NCBI GenBank assembly: GCA_038228545.1
Contig: JBBRPE010000004.1
Location: 161 to 64,160 of the forward strand
Origin: Minisyncoccia bacterium
GTDB taxonomy: Bacteria; Patescibacteriota; Minisyncoccia; Phycocordibacterales; Phycocordibacteraceae
Reading direction: 5' to 3'
DNA: 64,000 bases
Position 1 is the first letter of the stretch, and every line of letters begins with the position of its first letter. The translations under genes were made by a program, and so were the position numbers. The notes beneath the pieces were generated by a model. That model worked only from the letters and a program-made list of their open reading frames with translations, ran no database searches and was not told the origin of the DNA. Below, piece by piece: positions 49,268-60,380 of the stretch.

Positions 49268-49507
49268 AGATAGGGAGTCAGAACATTGCGGGAATGGTTT
49301 GGGTTTTCCTGAAGGAAAACGATGTGCACGTTTGTACAAAATCAATTTTGAGCTTCGGCCCAAAAAAGATTCGTCTAGAACTTCTAGACATACAAACCAC
49401 CATCAGTGACCAACGTCACACACCTTCTTCAAAAACCAAAAACACCCCTCAACCCCCTCTCACTCCAATCTGTTCATCCGCCCTCGAACGCTTCCCCGGA
49501 AGCGTTC
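49268..49507 (+). ncRNA. Candidate structured non-coding RNA (unidentified)
   Basis: TTGACC-N16-TACACT promoter at 49237-49264; multibranch set of hairpins; 5'/3' end pairing; terminal hairpin. Confidence 0.45.
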
Positions 49508-49541
49508 TGTTAATTATGGGGGAGAGGAGTACCATACGGGC

Positions 49542-50258
49542 ATGGAAAGGAAACTCCCACTCCGAGCATTAGGAAAGCGTCCAGTAGCCGTCTTCGACAT
49601 AGACGGCACGCTTTTCCGCTCCTCACTTTTGATTGAGCTTGTTGAGGAACTGGTTCGTCGTGAGATATTCCCCGAAGCTGCTCGCACTACGTATAAAGAC
49701 GCGCATGCCGCGTGGCAGAACAGGAAGGGGGAATATGGTCCTTTTATACAAAAGGTTGTGCTTGCATTCGGCAAATACGCTAAAGGCGTACCCTATGGTG
49801 AGGTTGCAGATGTAGCCGGAGAAATCATCGAGGCCAAGAAAGACATTGTCTATAACTACACTCGCGACTTGCTCGATGAGCTTAAGAAGTCGGGTCACTA
49901 TCTGCTCGCTATCTCGCACTCTCCTAAGTTCATTGTCGACGGCTTTGCGTACGAGCTCGGGTTTGATAAGTCATACGGTACCTTCTATGACACCGGAGCG
50001 AGTAATCGCTTCACGGGTGAAGTTCTCGATGAGCATTTGATTATGAATAAGTCAGCAGTGCTGAAGCGTGCGATGGATAAAGAAAAACTGACGGACATAG
50101 GCTCCTACGGAGTGGGGGACACAGAGAGCGACATCAGTATGCTCGCAATGGTAGAAAATCCGATAGCCTTTAATCCGAACAGGCTTCTGTATCGCCACGC
50201 CAAGAAGAACGACTGGAAAATTGTCGTAGAACGTAAGGACGTTATTTACGAAATTTAA
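49542..50258 (+). CDS. HAD-IB family hydrolase
   Basis: FDIDGT; GDTESD; AFNP. Confidence 0.9.
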   Translation: MERKLPLRALGKRPVAVFDIDGTLFRSSLLIELVEELVRREIFPEAARTTYKDAHAAWQNRKGEYGPFIQKVVLAFGKYAKGVPYGEVADVAGEIIEAKKDIVYNYTRDLLDELKKSGHYLLAISHSPKFIVDGFAYELGFDKSYGTFYDTGASNRFTGEVLDEHLIMNKSAVLKRAMDKEKLTDIGSYGVGDTESDISMLAMVENPIAFNPNRLLYRHAKKNDWKIVVERKDVIYEI

Positions 50259-50281
50259 GTCTCAGTGTTAATGTCAAAAGC

Positions 50282-50644
50282 ATGATAAATACTCAAACCA
50301 GACTCTCCCAGAAGAACTTCTTTATCGGATGGTTTTGGATATTTGCCTTCTCCGTCCTTTACGTAGTAATCGATAAGCTGGTCTCGATTAGTGGGATCGT
50401 TGGGATTGTGTTTGACGGCATGTATATATTAGTGGGGATAGTGGCTGTCGCGTTTGGTCTGTGGCTAGTTGTATATAGGCTCCATGATCTTGGAAAGAGT
50501 GGCTGGTTTGCGCTTATATATCTAATTCCCTGCATAGACTTTCTTTTTCTTCTGTACCTCTTTTTTAAGAAGGGTGATGAAACCAGTAATAGATACGGAG
50601 AACCAAATACAGTGTCTCTTTTCAAGACCTTCTTGAAGTCTTAA
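50282..50644 (+). CDS. DUF805 membrane protein
   Basis: RLHDLGKSGW; G....NRYG.P. Confidence 0.88.
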   Translation: MINTQTRLSQKNFFIGWFWIFAFSVLYVVIDKLVSISGIVGIVFDGMYILVGIVAVAFGLWLVVYRLHDLGKSGWFALIYLIPCIDFLFLLYLFFKKGDETSNRYGEPNTVSLFKTFLKS

Positions 50645-50676
50645 TCTAACTCACGACATTTTGATATACTCCTCTC

Positions 50677-50934
50677 ATGACAAAACGACTCTACCGAAGC
50701 AAGGACAATAAGGTACTCGCCGGCGTATGTGGCGGAATAGGGGAGTACTTCGATGTAGATCCGGTGCTTATCCGCCTTCTGTACCTCGTGGCGACGGTCT
50801 TTACCGGTCTCGTACCTGGCGCGCTGTGCTACATCATCGCTATTGCCGTGGTGCCCGAAGCTCCACACATCACTCCCTCGAAATCAGCGGAGCCAATGCC
50901 CACACCCGAGTCGCATGACACCGGCTCAGTTTAG
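50677..50934 (+). CDS. PspC domain protein
   Basis: KRLYRS...LAGVCGGIGEYFDVDP..IR. Confidence 0.9.
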   Translation: MTKRLYRSKDNKVLAGVCGGIGEYFDVDPVLIRLLYLVATVFTGLVPGALCYIIAIAVVPEAPHITPSKSAEPMPTPESHDTGSV

Positions 50935-51718
50935 GAGTCTCGTACTCAACTATCATACGAAGCAGGGACGGCACGCACTTCCGTGGCGTGAGACAACTGA
51001 CCCGTACAAGATTCTTGTTTCTGAAGTCATGCTTCAGCAGACGCAGGTGGAGCGGGTGATTCCGTACTATCGCGACTGGATGAAGAAGTACCCGACGGTG
51101 AAGAAACTCGCGAGCGCTTCGCTCGCGGATGTACTTAAAAGTTGGCAGGGACTTGGGTACAACAGGCGTGGGAAAGCTCTATGGGAGGCAGCGAAGAAGG
51201 TGGTTGAACTTGGAGAATTTCCAACGAGTGCCGAGGAACTTGAAAAACTACCTGGAGTGGGCCCGTACACCGCGCGCGCCGTGATGGCATTCGCATACAA
51301 CACCGATGTTATTTTCATAGAGACCAATATACGCACGGCAGTGACACACCACTTCTTTCCGAAGAAAAAGAAAGTAGACGACAAAGAATTGCTCGCGATT
51401 CTTGAGAAAGCCTATTCGAAAGGAAAGGCTCGTGTATGGTACGCAGCACTCATGGACTATGGCTCGTTCCTCAAACGCTCCGGAGTAAAACTAAACGCAC
51501 GGGCGAAAGGCTATACGAAACAATCCACCTTTGCCGGCTCAAGCAGGCAAGCGCGTGGAGCAATTCTAAAGGCACTTGTAGACGGACCACTTCCGCTCAT
51601 GCGTCTGGTGCTACTACTCGGCGACGACCGGAAAATACAGGTAGCGACGCAAGTGAACCGGCTCTACAACGAAGGAATGATAGAACGGAAAGGGAAGAAC
51701 TATATCCTACCTACGTGA
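50915..51718 (+). CDS. mutY: A/G-specific adenine glycosylase, short cluster-less form
   Basis: LPWR; SEVMLQQTQV; WQGLGYNRR; LPGVGPYTA. Confidence 0.88.
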   Translation: MTPAQFRSLVLNYHTKQGRHALPWRETTDPYKILVSEVMLQQTQVERVIPYYRDWMKKYPTVKKLASASLADVLKSWQGLGYNRRGKALWEAAKKVVELGEFPTSAEELEKLPGVGPYTARAVMAFAYNTDVIFIETNIRTAVTHHFFPKKKKVDDKELLAILEKAYSKGKARVWYAALMDYGSFLKRSGVKLNARAKGYTKQSTFAGSSRQARGAILKALVDGPLPLMRLVLLLGDDRKIQVATQVNRLYNEGMIERKGKNYILPT

Positions 51719-51722
51719 GGCA

Positions 51723-51776
51723 AAGCACACTATCCTCTCTTTGTGACGGTCGTCACAAAGAGAGGATAGTGTGCTT
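51723..51776. terminator. 26-bp perfect hairpin between convergent genes
   Basis: AAGCACACTATCCTCTCTTTGTGACG-gt-CGTCACAAAGAGAGGATAGTGTGCTT. Confidence 0.75.
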
Positions 51777-51808
51777 ATGCGGTTTGGATTAGTTGCAGAA
51801 GCTATGTT

Positions 51809-52966
51809 CTATTTAATATCGCGAATGCGAAGTGTGGCCATCACTCCTACAATGCCGATGATAATACTCGTAACGACAAAGAGTGTGGCGTAACCGGCGA
51901 CAGAAAGCAGGACACTGCCGATAAGGGGTGCAAGAAGAGCGGCAATGGGACGTGTTATACGGAATATACTGACGCTTGCCGCGTCAGCACTTGAGACACG
52001 CCTAAAGAAATGACCCTCGGTCATGGCTTCAACGAGCGCTGCACCCGAACGATTTACGACGAGAATGAGTACGATGAAAATAATCATTGTGTCGGCAGTA
52101 ACGAAAGCGAGCGCGGCGAAACCAAGCGCCATCAGAATGAAGCCGACTGCCATAATTTCTTTATCACCCCATTTCTTATCAGCGAGCCAGCCAGCAGGAT
52201 ATTCAAGAAGAACGAACGGCAGAAGCATGATGGCAAACATCCATCCGAGCGTGGACCACGGTATACGTAGGACAGTATGCAGATACAGCGAAATGTAGAG
52301 GGGTGCGAGGTGATAGAAGAACTGAAGTGTGCCGTGCGCAATAGTAACTGCACGCAAGTCTTTGTCCTTCGATAGGCACTGCGCAACCTCCACGATGTTT
52401 ACGAGATTCGGCGGTGTGACATGCGGAAGGCGATGGCGTGTCGAAGCGATTATAAGGAAAGGGATAAGTGAAGAAGCGGCGACCGCAAAAACGCGCCAGT
52501 ACGCCTCACTTGAATCAAGTACAAGCCCGACTATGAGCGGAGCAATGACGAGCACCATATTTCCTACGGTGAGGAAGAGTGTGCGAATGCGTCCGGTGGT
52601 GCCTTCTTGGGAGATGCTCGCCTCAAGGAGCAAATCAAGCTGAAACTCAAGTAGTGGTGTGGTGGCGAGTGCGATTGCAACAAGTAAGATAGCGGGAAGC
52701 GGTGCTGGGCTCATTGCAAGCCAGCCGAGAGCGAGAAGTTCAATGAATCCAAAAAAGAGCGCGAGCCGACGAGGTCGAAAATGTCGCACGAGTGCTGGAA
52801 GGAACGGAAACACCGAGAGCGTCATAACAGCACCAAGCGATACCACCATACCGGTAGCAGAGTCCGACATAAACGTCGCCAGATACGGCGTGATGATATA
52901 GATAATGAGAAAGAAATGCGCGGAAGCAAAGAAGTTGCTGAGCGTAAGGAGTGAGCGCGGCTTCAT
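51809..52966 (-). CDS. MFS transporter
   Basis: About 12 TM segments; G.LADK..G.K motif. Confidence 0.85.
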   Translation of the reverse strand: MKPRSLLTLSNFFASAHFFLIIYIITPYLATFMSDSATGMVVSLGAVMTLSVFPFLPALVRHFRPRRLALFFGFIELLALGWLAMSPAPLPAILLVAIALATTPLLEFQLDLLLEASISQEGTTGRIRTLFLTVGNMVLVIAPLIVGLVLDSSEAYWRVFAVAASSLIPFLIIASTRHRLPHVTPPNLVNIVEVAQCLSKDKDLRAVTIAHGTLQFFYHLAPLYISLYLHTVLRIPWSTLGWMFAIMLLPFVLLEYPAGWLADKKWGDKEIMAVGFILMALGFAALAFVTADTMIIFIVLILVVNRSGAALVEAMTEGHFFRRVSSADAASVSIFRITRPIAALLAPLIGSVLLSVAGYATLFVVTSIIIGIVGVMATLRIRDIK

Positions 52967-52996
52967 TTGAAATCATTTTAGCACTACACAGGAGAT

Positions 52997-53175
52997 TCGC
53001 CGTGGAAGACGCAGAATAATTTTCTACTGAAAATTTTCTTTCTACTCGGCTCGTCAGCCTGCGCAGGGTCTTCCGCAACGAATCACCAGCTCCGTCTTCG
53101 GAAGAATACATTCCATGCACGTCACTCGCTCCAAACCACGCAACCCGCCGCACGAAGTGCGGCGGGTTGCGTGGT
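52997..53175. repeat. Structured intergenic element plus 19-bp hairpin
   Basis: GATTCG..GGAAGAC / GTCTTCC..CGAATC outer stem with inner TTTTCTACTGAAAA; ACCACGCAACCCGCCGCAC / GTGCGGCGGGTTGCGTGGT at 53135-53175. Confidence 0.55.
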
Positions 53176-53239
53176 GCGATACGGCGGATGAGACGCAGAG
53201 GCTCCGTAACGAAGCAGATGAAGTGCGTGTGCGACTCGA

Positions 53240-55192
53240 CTAAACGCCTATCAATACAGGAATAACCATAGGTGCCTTATTGGTGCGACTGAAGAGGTAG
53301 CCCGCCATAGTATCGGAGAGGGTGTTTTTTACGTAGTCGAGATCAACAGGGTTCATTCCTTGAGTTGAATCTTCCACAGTCTTCTTGATGAGAAGGCGCG
53401 CCTGATTGAGCAGGTCCTGGCTCTCACGCAGATAGATGAATCCGCGGGAAATGATGTCCGGAGACTTACGAAGCTTTCCGGTCTTCAGGTTTACCGTCGC
53501 GATGATAACGAACATGCCGTCCTTCGCAAGCATTTGACGATCGCGAATAACTACTTCCTGAAGGTCACCGATAGAGAAACCGTCCACAACGAGCGGTGCG
53601 GAAGGCACCTTCTCCTTGTGAATCATCATGGTCTCGCCGTCGATGATGTCGATAACGGTGCCGTTATCTGCAACGACAACGGAGTCCTTATCGCGTCCGG
53701 CTTGTATAGCAGCCTTTGCGTGGCTCTTGGTCATCGAATGGTAACCGTAAGCTGGCATGAAGAATTTCGCGCCGACTTTCTGGTTAATCCAAATGAGCTC
53801 ACCGGTATTTCCGTGACCGGTCGAGTGCACGTCGGAAGTGCGGTAGTGAATGAGTGTTACGTCATTGCGGTAGAGGTTGTCTTTCAACTTCTGCACGCTA
53901 ATTTCGTTTCCCGGAATGACAGACGACGAAAGCACTACCGTATCGCGATCGTTCAGGATGATGTTTTTGTGCTGTTTGGTAGCGATGCGCATGAGTGCGG
54001 CGAACTCTTCGCCCTGCGCGCCGGTCGCGAGTACAACAATCTTGTCGGGAGGATAGTCGCCGATTTCCTGTGCTGGAATAAGCGTTTCCTTTTTAAGATT
54101 CAAGAGGCCGGTCTTCTGCGCGATTTCGAGGTTTGTCTTAATCGAACGTCCCTCCGTAACAATCTTTTTTCCATACTTCTCTGCAATCTCGATGATATGA
54201 ATCATGCGATCAAACTGTGACGCGAACGTACCGATGATGAGACGGCCCGGCACGGTCTTGATGATTTCCTCAAGGGTCTCGTGCACCTTACGCTCAGGCA
54301 CGGAGAAACCATCACGCTCAGCGTTGGTTGAATCGGCAATGAAGAACAGGTTCTTCTCGGCACCAAGTGCGCCCCACTTTTTCTGTTCTTCGTCGGTTGG
54401 AATGCCGTTGTTGTGATCGAGCTTAAGGTCACCGGTAGCGATAACCCAGCCGTACGGCGTTTCGACTGCGATACCCATGGAGTCCGGAATCGAGTGAGTT
54501 ACCGGGAAGAACTTCACGCGAGTGGAGCCGATGGTAACGGTCGAGCCAGGCTCAACGGTAATCAAGTTCGGCTTTGGCATGTCTGGATATTCCTCCTGGC
54601 GCTTTGCAATCATGATGGCAGACAAATTCTGCGTGTAGATAGGTGGATTGCCGAAACGATTCATAAGGAACGGAATACCGCCGATATGGTCGAGGTGACC
54701 GTGGGTGATGAACACTGCACGAACACGGTCCATATTCTTTTCGAGGTACTTCGTATTTGGAAGAAGGTAATCAACGCCAGGATTACCGTCCTCGCTGGTG
54801 AACTGGAAGCCCACGTCGAAGATAAAGATGTCGCCGTTGGCTTCTACGGTGAACATGTTACGTCCGACTTCTTCCACGCCGCCGAGTGGCACGATGCGAA
54901 CGACGTTCGGTGCCGGTGCTTCAGGGAAATAGTCTGCGCTTTTCTTTACGGGTGCGCCGCCTTGGGATGGTCCCATGGGACGGCGGAGTGTGCGGCGAAT
55001 GGAGCGCGCTGCCTTGCCTGGGCGCGCTGCACCTCCTGCGCTCGGGCCTGTGTGAGGGCCACGCGCTGGTCCGCGGAACGGTGGGCGTGCGCCTTCTGAA
55101 GATGATCCTTCTCGGCGAGCGCCTTCGCGCGATGCGCTTCCTTCTGGTCGGTCTCCGCGCGGTGCGGGAGCCGGAGCTGGTGCTGAACTCAT
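53240..55192 (-). CDS. rnj: Ribonuclease J with disordered N-terminal extension
   Basis: LGGVEEVGRNM; THGHLDHIG; THSIPDS; DSTNA; HSTGH. Confidence 0.95.
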   Translation of the reverse strand: MSSAPAPAPAPRGDRPEGSASREGARREGSSSEGARPPFRGPARGPHTGPSAGGAARPGKAARSIRRTLRRPMGPSQGGAPVKKSADYFPEAPAPNVVRIVPLGGVEEVGRNMFTVEANGDIFIFDVGFQFTSEDGNPGVDYLLPNTKYLEKNMDRVRAVFITHGHLDHIGGIPFLMNRFGNPPIYTQNLSAIMIAKRQEEYPDMPKPNLITVEPGSTVTIGSTRVKFFPVTHSIPDSMGIAVETPYGWVIATGDLKLDHNNGIPTDEEQKKWGALGAEKNLFFIADSTNAERDGFSVPERKVHETLEEIIKTVPGRLIIGTFASQFDRMIHIIEIAEKYGKKIVTEGRSIKTNLEIAQKTGLLNLKKETLIPAQEIGDYPPDKIVVLATGAQGEEFAALMRIATKQHKNIILNDRDTVVLSSSVIPGNEISVQKLKDNLYRNDVTLIHYRTSDVHSTGHGNTGELIWINQKVGAKFFMPAYGYHSMTKSHAKAAIQAGRDKDSVVVADNGTVIDIIDGETMMIHKEKVPSAPLVVDGFSIGDLQEVVIRDRQMLAKDGMFVIIATVNLKTGKLRKSPDIISRGFIYLRESQDLLNQARLLIKKTVEDSTQGMNPVDLDYVKNTLSDTMAGYLFSRTNKAPMVIPVLIGV

Positions 55193-55291
55193 AGTTGGTA
55201 TTGGTTAATTAGTGATAACGATAAAGCCTAGTAGAGTCACTAGTTTTCGAACGCAAGTGCAGGGATACTTCCGTGCGAAAACTAAGTACTC

Positions 55292-57019
55292 TTACTGAAC
55301 AGAACCTTTGACGAGAAACGGCCAGATCCATTCGGTGCGCATGTGCCAGGTGGCCACGGTAGCAAAACGGTCTGCTGGTGAGGTGATTTGCGGGAGCACG
55401 ACACCTTTCAAACTCTTCGGTACGGCATAGACGAAATCCGGAGCGTGTGTGAATGCAGCGGGGTAATCGGCCGCGATACTGTCACTTATCTTCTGCAATT
55501 CTGACTGACGGACAGCTGGGTCGCCCTCCTGACGAGCTTTCTCAAGAAGTCCGTCCACGGTCTTGTCGCTGTAGAGGGCGATGTTCAGGCCGGGGTCGTT
55601 CTTCTGCGAAGAATCCCAGAAAGGGAAAAGATCCTGATTACTGCCAAGTACCATGCCGAAGTAGAGAGCATCGAACTTACGCGGACGAATGACGTTCGAT
55701 ACGAGCGAACCCGGATCGTAATACTCGAGTGATGTCGGTACACCGAGTTTTTGCCAGTCGGCCTGTACGGCGCCCGCAAGAACTTTGAGCTCCGGAACAT
55801 TCGACGTCGTAATAGTTACGGAATCGAGCGACAGCTTGAGCTTTGAGTTAGTCCAGACGTTGGTAGTTGAACCATAGGTCCATCCGGCATCCGTGAGAAT
55901 CTTCTTGGCGTTCGCTATGCGGTCGCCGGTCGGAAGAACAGGTTCTGTAATGCCACTACCTGGTGGTACGGGCCCTGCAAGCGACGTGGCGTAGCCACCA
56001 AGAAGTGTGTTCGTGATGTGGTCTCGGTCTATTGCGATGGAAAGAGCTTTGCGAACAGCGAGCTGGCCAAAGGCCTTGTTGTTCGTCTGATTGAAGAAGA
56101 CGCCGAAGATGCGGGAGTACGGAGCCGTAAGAGCCCCGGGTTCAGCTACTCCGTACGCGCTCTTCACAGAACCATTCTTGAACGCAGCTGTGAGGTCAGC
56201 TGTCGACCCGTAAAACTTGAAGCGGATTGCATCGAGATAGGGGCGACCGAGTGCGTAGGAATCATTTGCAGAAAGACTGTATCCCGTGATGAGTCCGTTT
56301 GCGTCGCGCACGATGCTGGTTGCTTTGAATGGTCCGTTGCCAACGGGCATCTCTATGCGTTTATCGAATGGAAACTGCTCGCTCTTGATGTTCTTCCATA
56401 GATGCGCCGGAAGAATGCCGAGTGTAGTGTCTTCGAGAAACGGCGCGTACGCCTTTGGGAGTGTGAAGCGCACAGTGTGCGCATCCACTGCCTCAACACG
56501 GATGTTTGCCCAGTTGGCGAGCTCAGGTGACTTGAGTGCCGGGTCTTGTGCCTTCTGTACGGTAAACACGACATCGTCGGGCGTAATAGGGGAGCCGTCC
56601 GTAAACTTGAGCCCCTGACGCAAAACAAATGTGTACACTTTGCCGTCGGGCGAAATGGTATAGCTCTGCGCAAGGACAGGGGTGAGACCGTGGGCGCTCT
56701 CTCCCATAAGCCCAGCGTACGTGAGCGCTACCAAGTCGCGGTCTGCGTCCGTGAACGCAAGAAGCGGATTCACAAAACGCGGATTACCAACGATTCCTTC
56801 GGTAAGATTTCCTCCGGTAGCCGGCACCTCGACGAGCACGGTGCGCTCGAGTGCAATCAGCCCGATAAGGCACGTGAACGAAAAAACCAGTGCGAGCACA
56901 GTCGCTAGTGCTTTGTCGCTTGGAGGCAGACTAGCAAAGAAGCGGGAAAGCGATTCAATACCACCTATGCGCCGAGGGCGCGAAAGTGTATCTGCCACGC
57001 CGGTAAACCGACTAGCCAT
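55292..57019 (-). CDS. Family-5 (oligopeptide) ABC substrate-binding protein, TM-anchored
   Basis: LAQSY..SPDG..YTF.LR...F.DG..IT..DV.FT; VGNGPF; VRKAL..AIDR. Confidence 0.88.
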   Translation of the reverse strand: MASRFTGVADTLSRPRRIGGIESLSRFFASLPPSDKALATVLALVFSFTCLIGLIALERTVLVEVPATGGNLTEGIVGNPRFVNPLLAFTDADRDLVALTYAGLMGESAHGLTPVLAQSYTISPDGKVYTFVLRQGLKFTDGSPITPDDVVFTVQKAQDPALKSPELANWANIRVEAVDAHTVRFTLPKAYAPFLEDTTLGILPAHLWKNIKSEQFPFDKRIEMPVGNGPFKATSIVRDANGLITGYSLSANDSYALGRPYLDAIRFKFYGSTADLTAAFKNGSVKSAYGVAEPGALTAPYSRIFGVFFNQTNNKAFGQLAVRKALSIAIDRDHITNTLLGGYATSLAGPVPPGSGITEPVLPTGDRIANAKKILTDAGWTYGSTTNVWTNSKLKLSLDSVTITTSNVPELKVLAGAVQADWQKLGVPTSLEYYDPGSLVSNVIRPRKFDALYFGMVLGSNQDLFPFWDSSQKNDPGLNIALYSDKTVDGLLEKARQEGDPAVRQSELQKISDSIAADYPAAFTHAPDFVYAVPKSLKGVVLPQITSPADRFATVATWHMRTEWIWPFLVKGSVQ

Positions 57020-57026
57020 GAATGAA

Positions 57027-57257
57027 TCAGAGGAGGAACCCGAGGAATGCTGCCACGACAAACAAGATCGCCACTATGATTGTTGCGTTGAATAGAAACT
57101 TCTCCGCGCCACGGCGCTTGTAAAAAGTCGATGCGAAATTGTCGCCTCCAAAGGCTCCTCCGAGGTTGGCGCCGCGCTGTTGAAGCACGATGCCGAGGAT
57201 AAGGAGAAGGGAGAGGGCTGCTTCCGCGTATGGCAGTGTGGCCTTGAGTAACTCCAT
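57027..57257 (-). CDS. secG: Preprotein translocase subunit SecG
   Basis: LLILGIVLQQRGANLGGAFGG....RRGAEK.L..AT. Confidence 0.88.
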   Translation of the reverse strand: MELLKATLPYAEAALSLLLILGIVLQQRGANLGGAFGGDNFASTFYKRRGAEKFLFNATIIVAILFVVAAFLGFLL

Positions 57258-57299
57258 CTGTACCCAGAAGCGTAGCATGACCGTTCGGGGCGGTCAATT

Positions 57300-57418
57300 T
57301 GGAGGCACGGGTCGCTCCGCCAGCGTCTACGCGCCCTCACTCTCGCTGGCGCAAATTTGCTCGCAGCCGCCTTACGGCTCGCAAATTACCATGCTGCGCC
57401 AGCTCCGAGAGTCCTCCA
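57300..57418. repeat. Structured element upstream of secG
   Basis: TGGAGG / CCTCCA outer stem; CGCCAGCG / CGCTGGCG and AATTTGC..AGCCG / CGGCT..GCAAATT inner stems. Confidence 0.5.
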
Positions 57419-57513
57419 TATTGTCCACCCCTCACTTAAGGGAAAATAGAGCTGGGGACAACGCAAAACCCTCCGACAGATGTCGGAGGGGGTGAAGTGC
57501 AGATGTGCGAGCT

Positions 57514-57867
57514 TTAGCTCGCGGTTCGGTTGGCCTTCAGGCTGGCCATGTAGGTCTGGCGTTCCCGCCAGATGTGCATGGCGATGATCCAGGCGCAGAC
57601 GACCAGATAGCCCGCGGTGGCGTCCGAGCTCATCTTCTCGTTGAAGTTCGAGTAGATGGCTTGGAAGATGCCATAAAGGCCGGTGCCGAGCAGGAAGCTC
57701 GCCAGGACATTCATCTCGTGTCTGATTGCCTTGACGTTGCCGGGCAGAGTGGACGTATCCGCATTGCGAATGGTCCGGTAGATGAAGTAGCCGACAAGGC
57801 CAAGGCCGATGACCGAACAGGCGATGAGCCCGAAGGCCGAACTGAAGAAGCTTTCAAAGTACAGCAT
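57514..57867 (-). CDS. Hypothetical 3-TM protein
   Basis: Own TTGACT-N17-TATTGT promoter, GAGGGG SD, hairpin terminator at about 57468-57492. Confidence 0.7.
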   Translation of the reverse strand: MLYFESFFSSAFGLIACSVIGLGLVGYFIYRTIRNADTSTLPGNVKAIRHEMNVLASFLLGTGLYGIFQAIYSNFNEKMSSDATAGYLVVCAWIIAMHIWRERQTYMASLKANRTAS

Positions 57868-58057
57868 GGCTTGATTTCCCCTCTGAGCCAGTTTCGAACA
57901 TACATATACAATACACCTTTTTCATCTAAAAGTCAAGTAGCGCCCAGGAAGAGCCTTCTTTATACTGTGGATAACCGGCGCGGCTGGTGCCGCGCCGAAT
58001 CAGGGCGTCTTTTCACTACGTGCTCAATTAATAACCGTTAAGCGAATTATTTTTACC

Positions 58058-60024
<1,967 letters not shown>

Positions 60025-60041
60025 CATCTCAGGAAATATGA

Positions 60042-60086
60042 CAAACAACCGCCGCGACCCGTGAGGGGCGCGGCGGTTCGTTTTGA
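60042..60086. terminator. Bidirectional terminator
   Basis: AACCGCCGCG.CCC / GGG.CGCGGCGGTT hairpin. Confidence 0.7.
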
Positions 60087-60087
60087 C

Positions 60088-60261
60088 TCAGCCAAAGTGG
60101 CGATTCCTTGGCTGCAGAGGCCCAAACAGGTACTCGTAGAAGGTGAGGCCTTCACCGAGCATCCAGAAGAAGCCGAAGACCACCAGGATGAGACCCCCAA
60201 GAGCGAGCAGGAAGGCATTTCCTACGATCTCCTCGGCCGTCTCTTTGATTTTGCGAATCAT
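60088..60261 (-). CDS. Small single-TM hypothetical protein
   Basis: MIRKIKETAEEIVGNAFLLALGGLILVVFGFFWMLG..; GGAG SD. Confidence 0.55.
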   Translation of the reverse strand: MIRKIKETAEEIVGNAFLLALGGLILVVFGFFWMLGEGLTFYEYLFGPLQPRNRHFG

Positions 60262-60380
60262 AGCTCCATCTCCGTGCAGGTTGACCAGTTCAACCTGCAC
60301 CTTAACGCGCACGTCATACTTTCGCAATACTTGTGGACACTTGGCAACAGGAGCTATACTAGATACATAACCAAACCACT

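Noticed and set aside
49294-49572. 92-aa ORF across the candidate ncRNA
   Set aside because: No recognisable domain, overlaps the HAD start, and the dense hairpins fit an RNA better; not fully excluded
57505-58041. 178-aa plus-strand ORF
   Set aside because: Antisense to a better-supported minus-strand gene with promoter, SD and terminator
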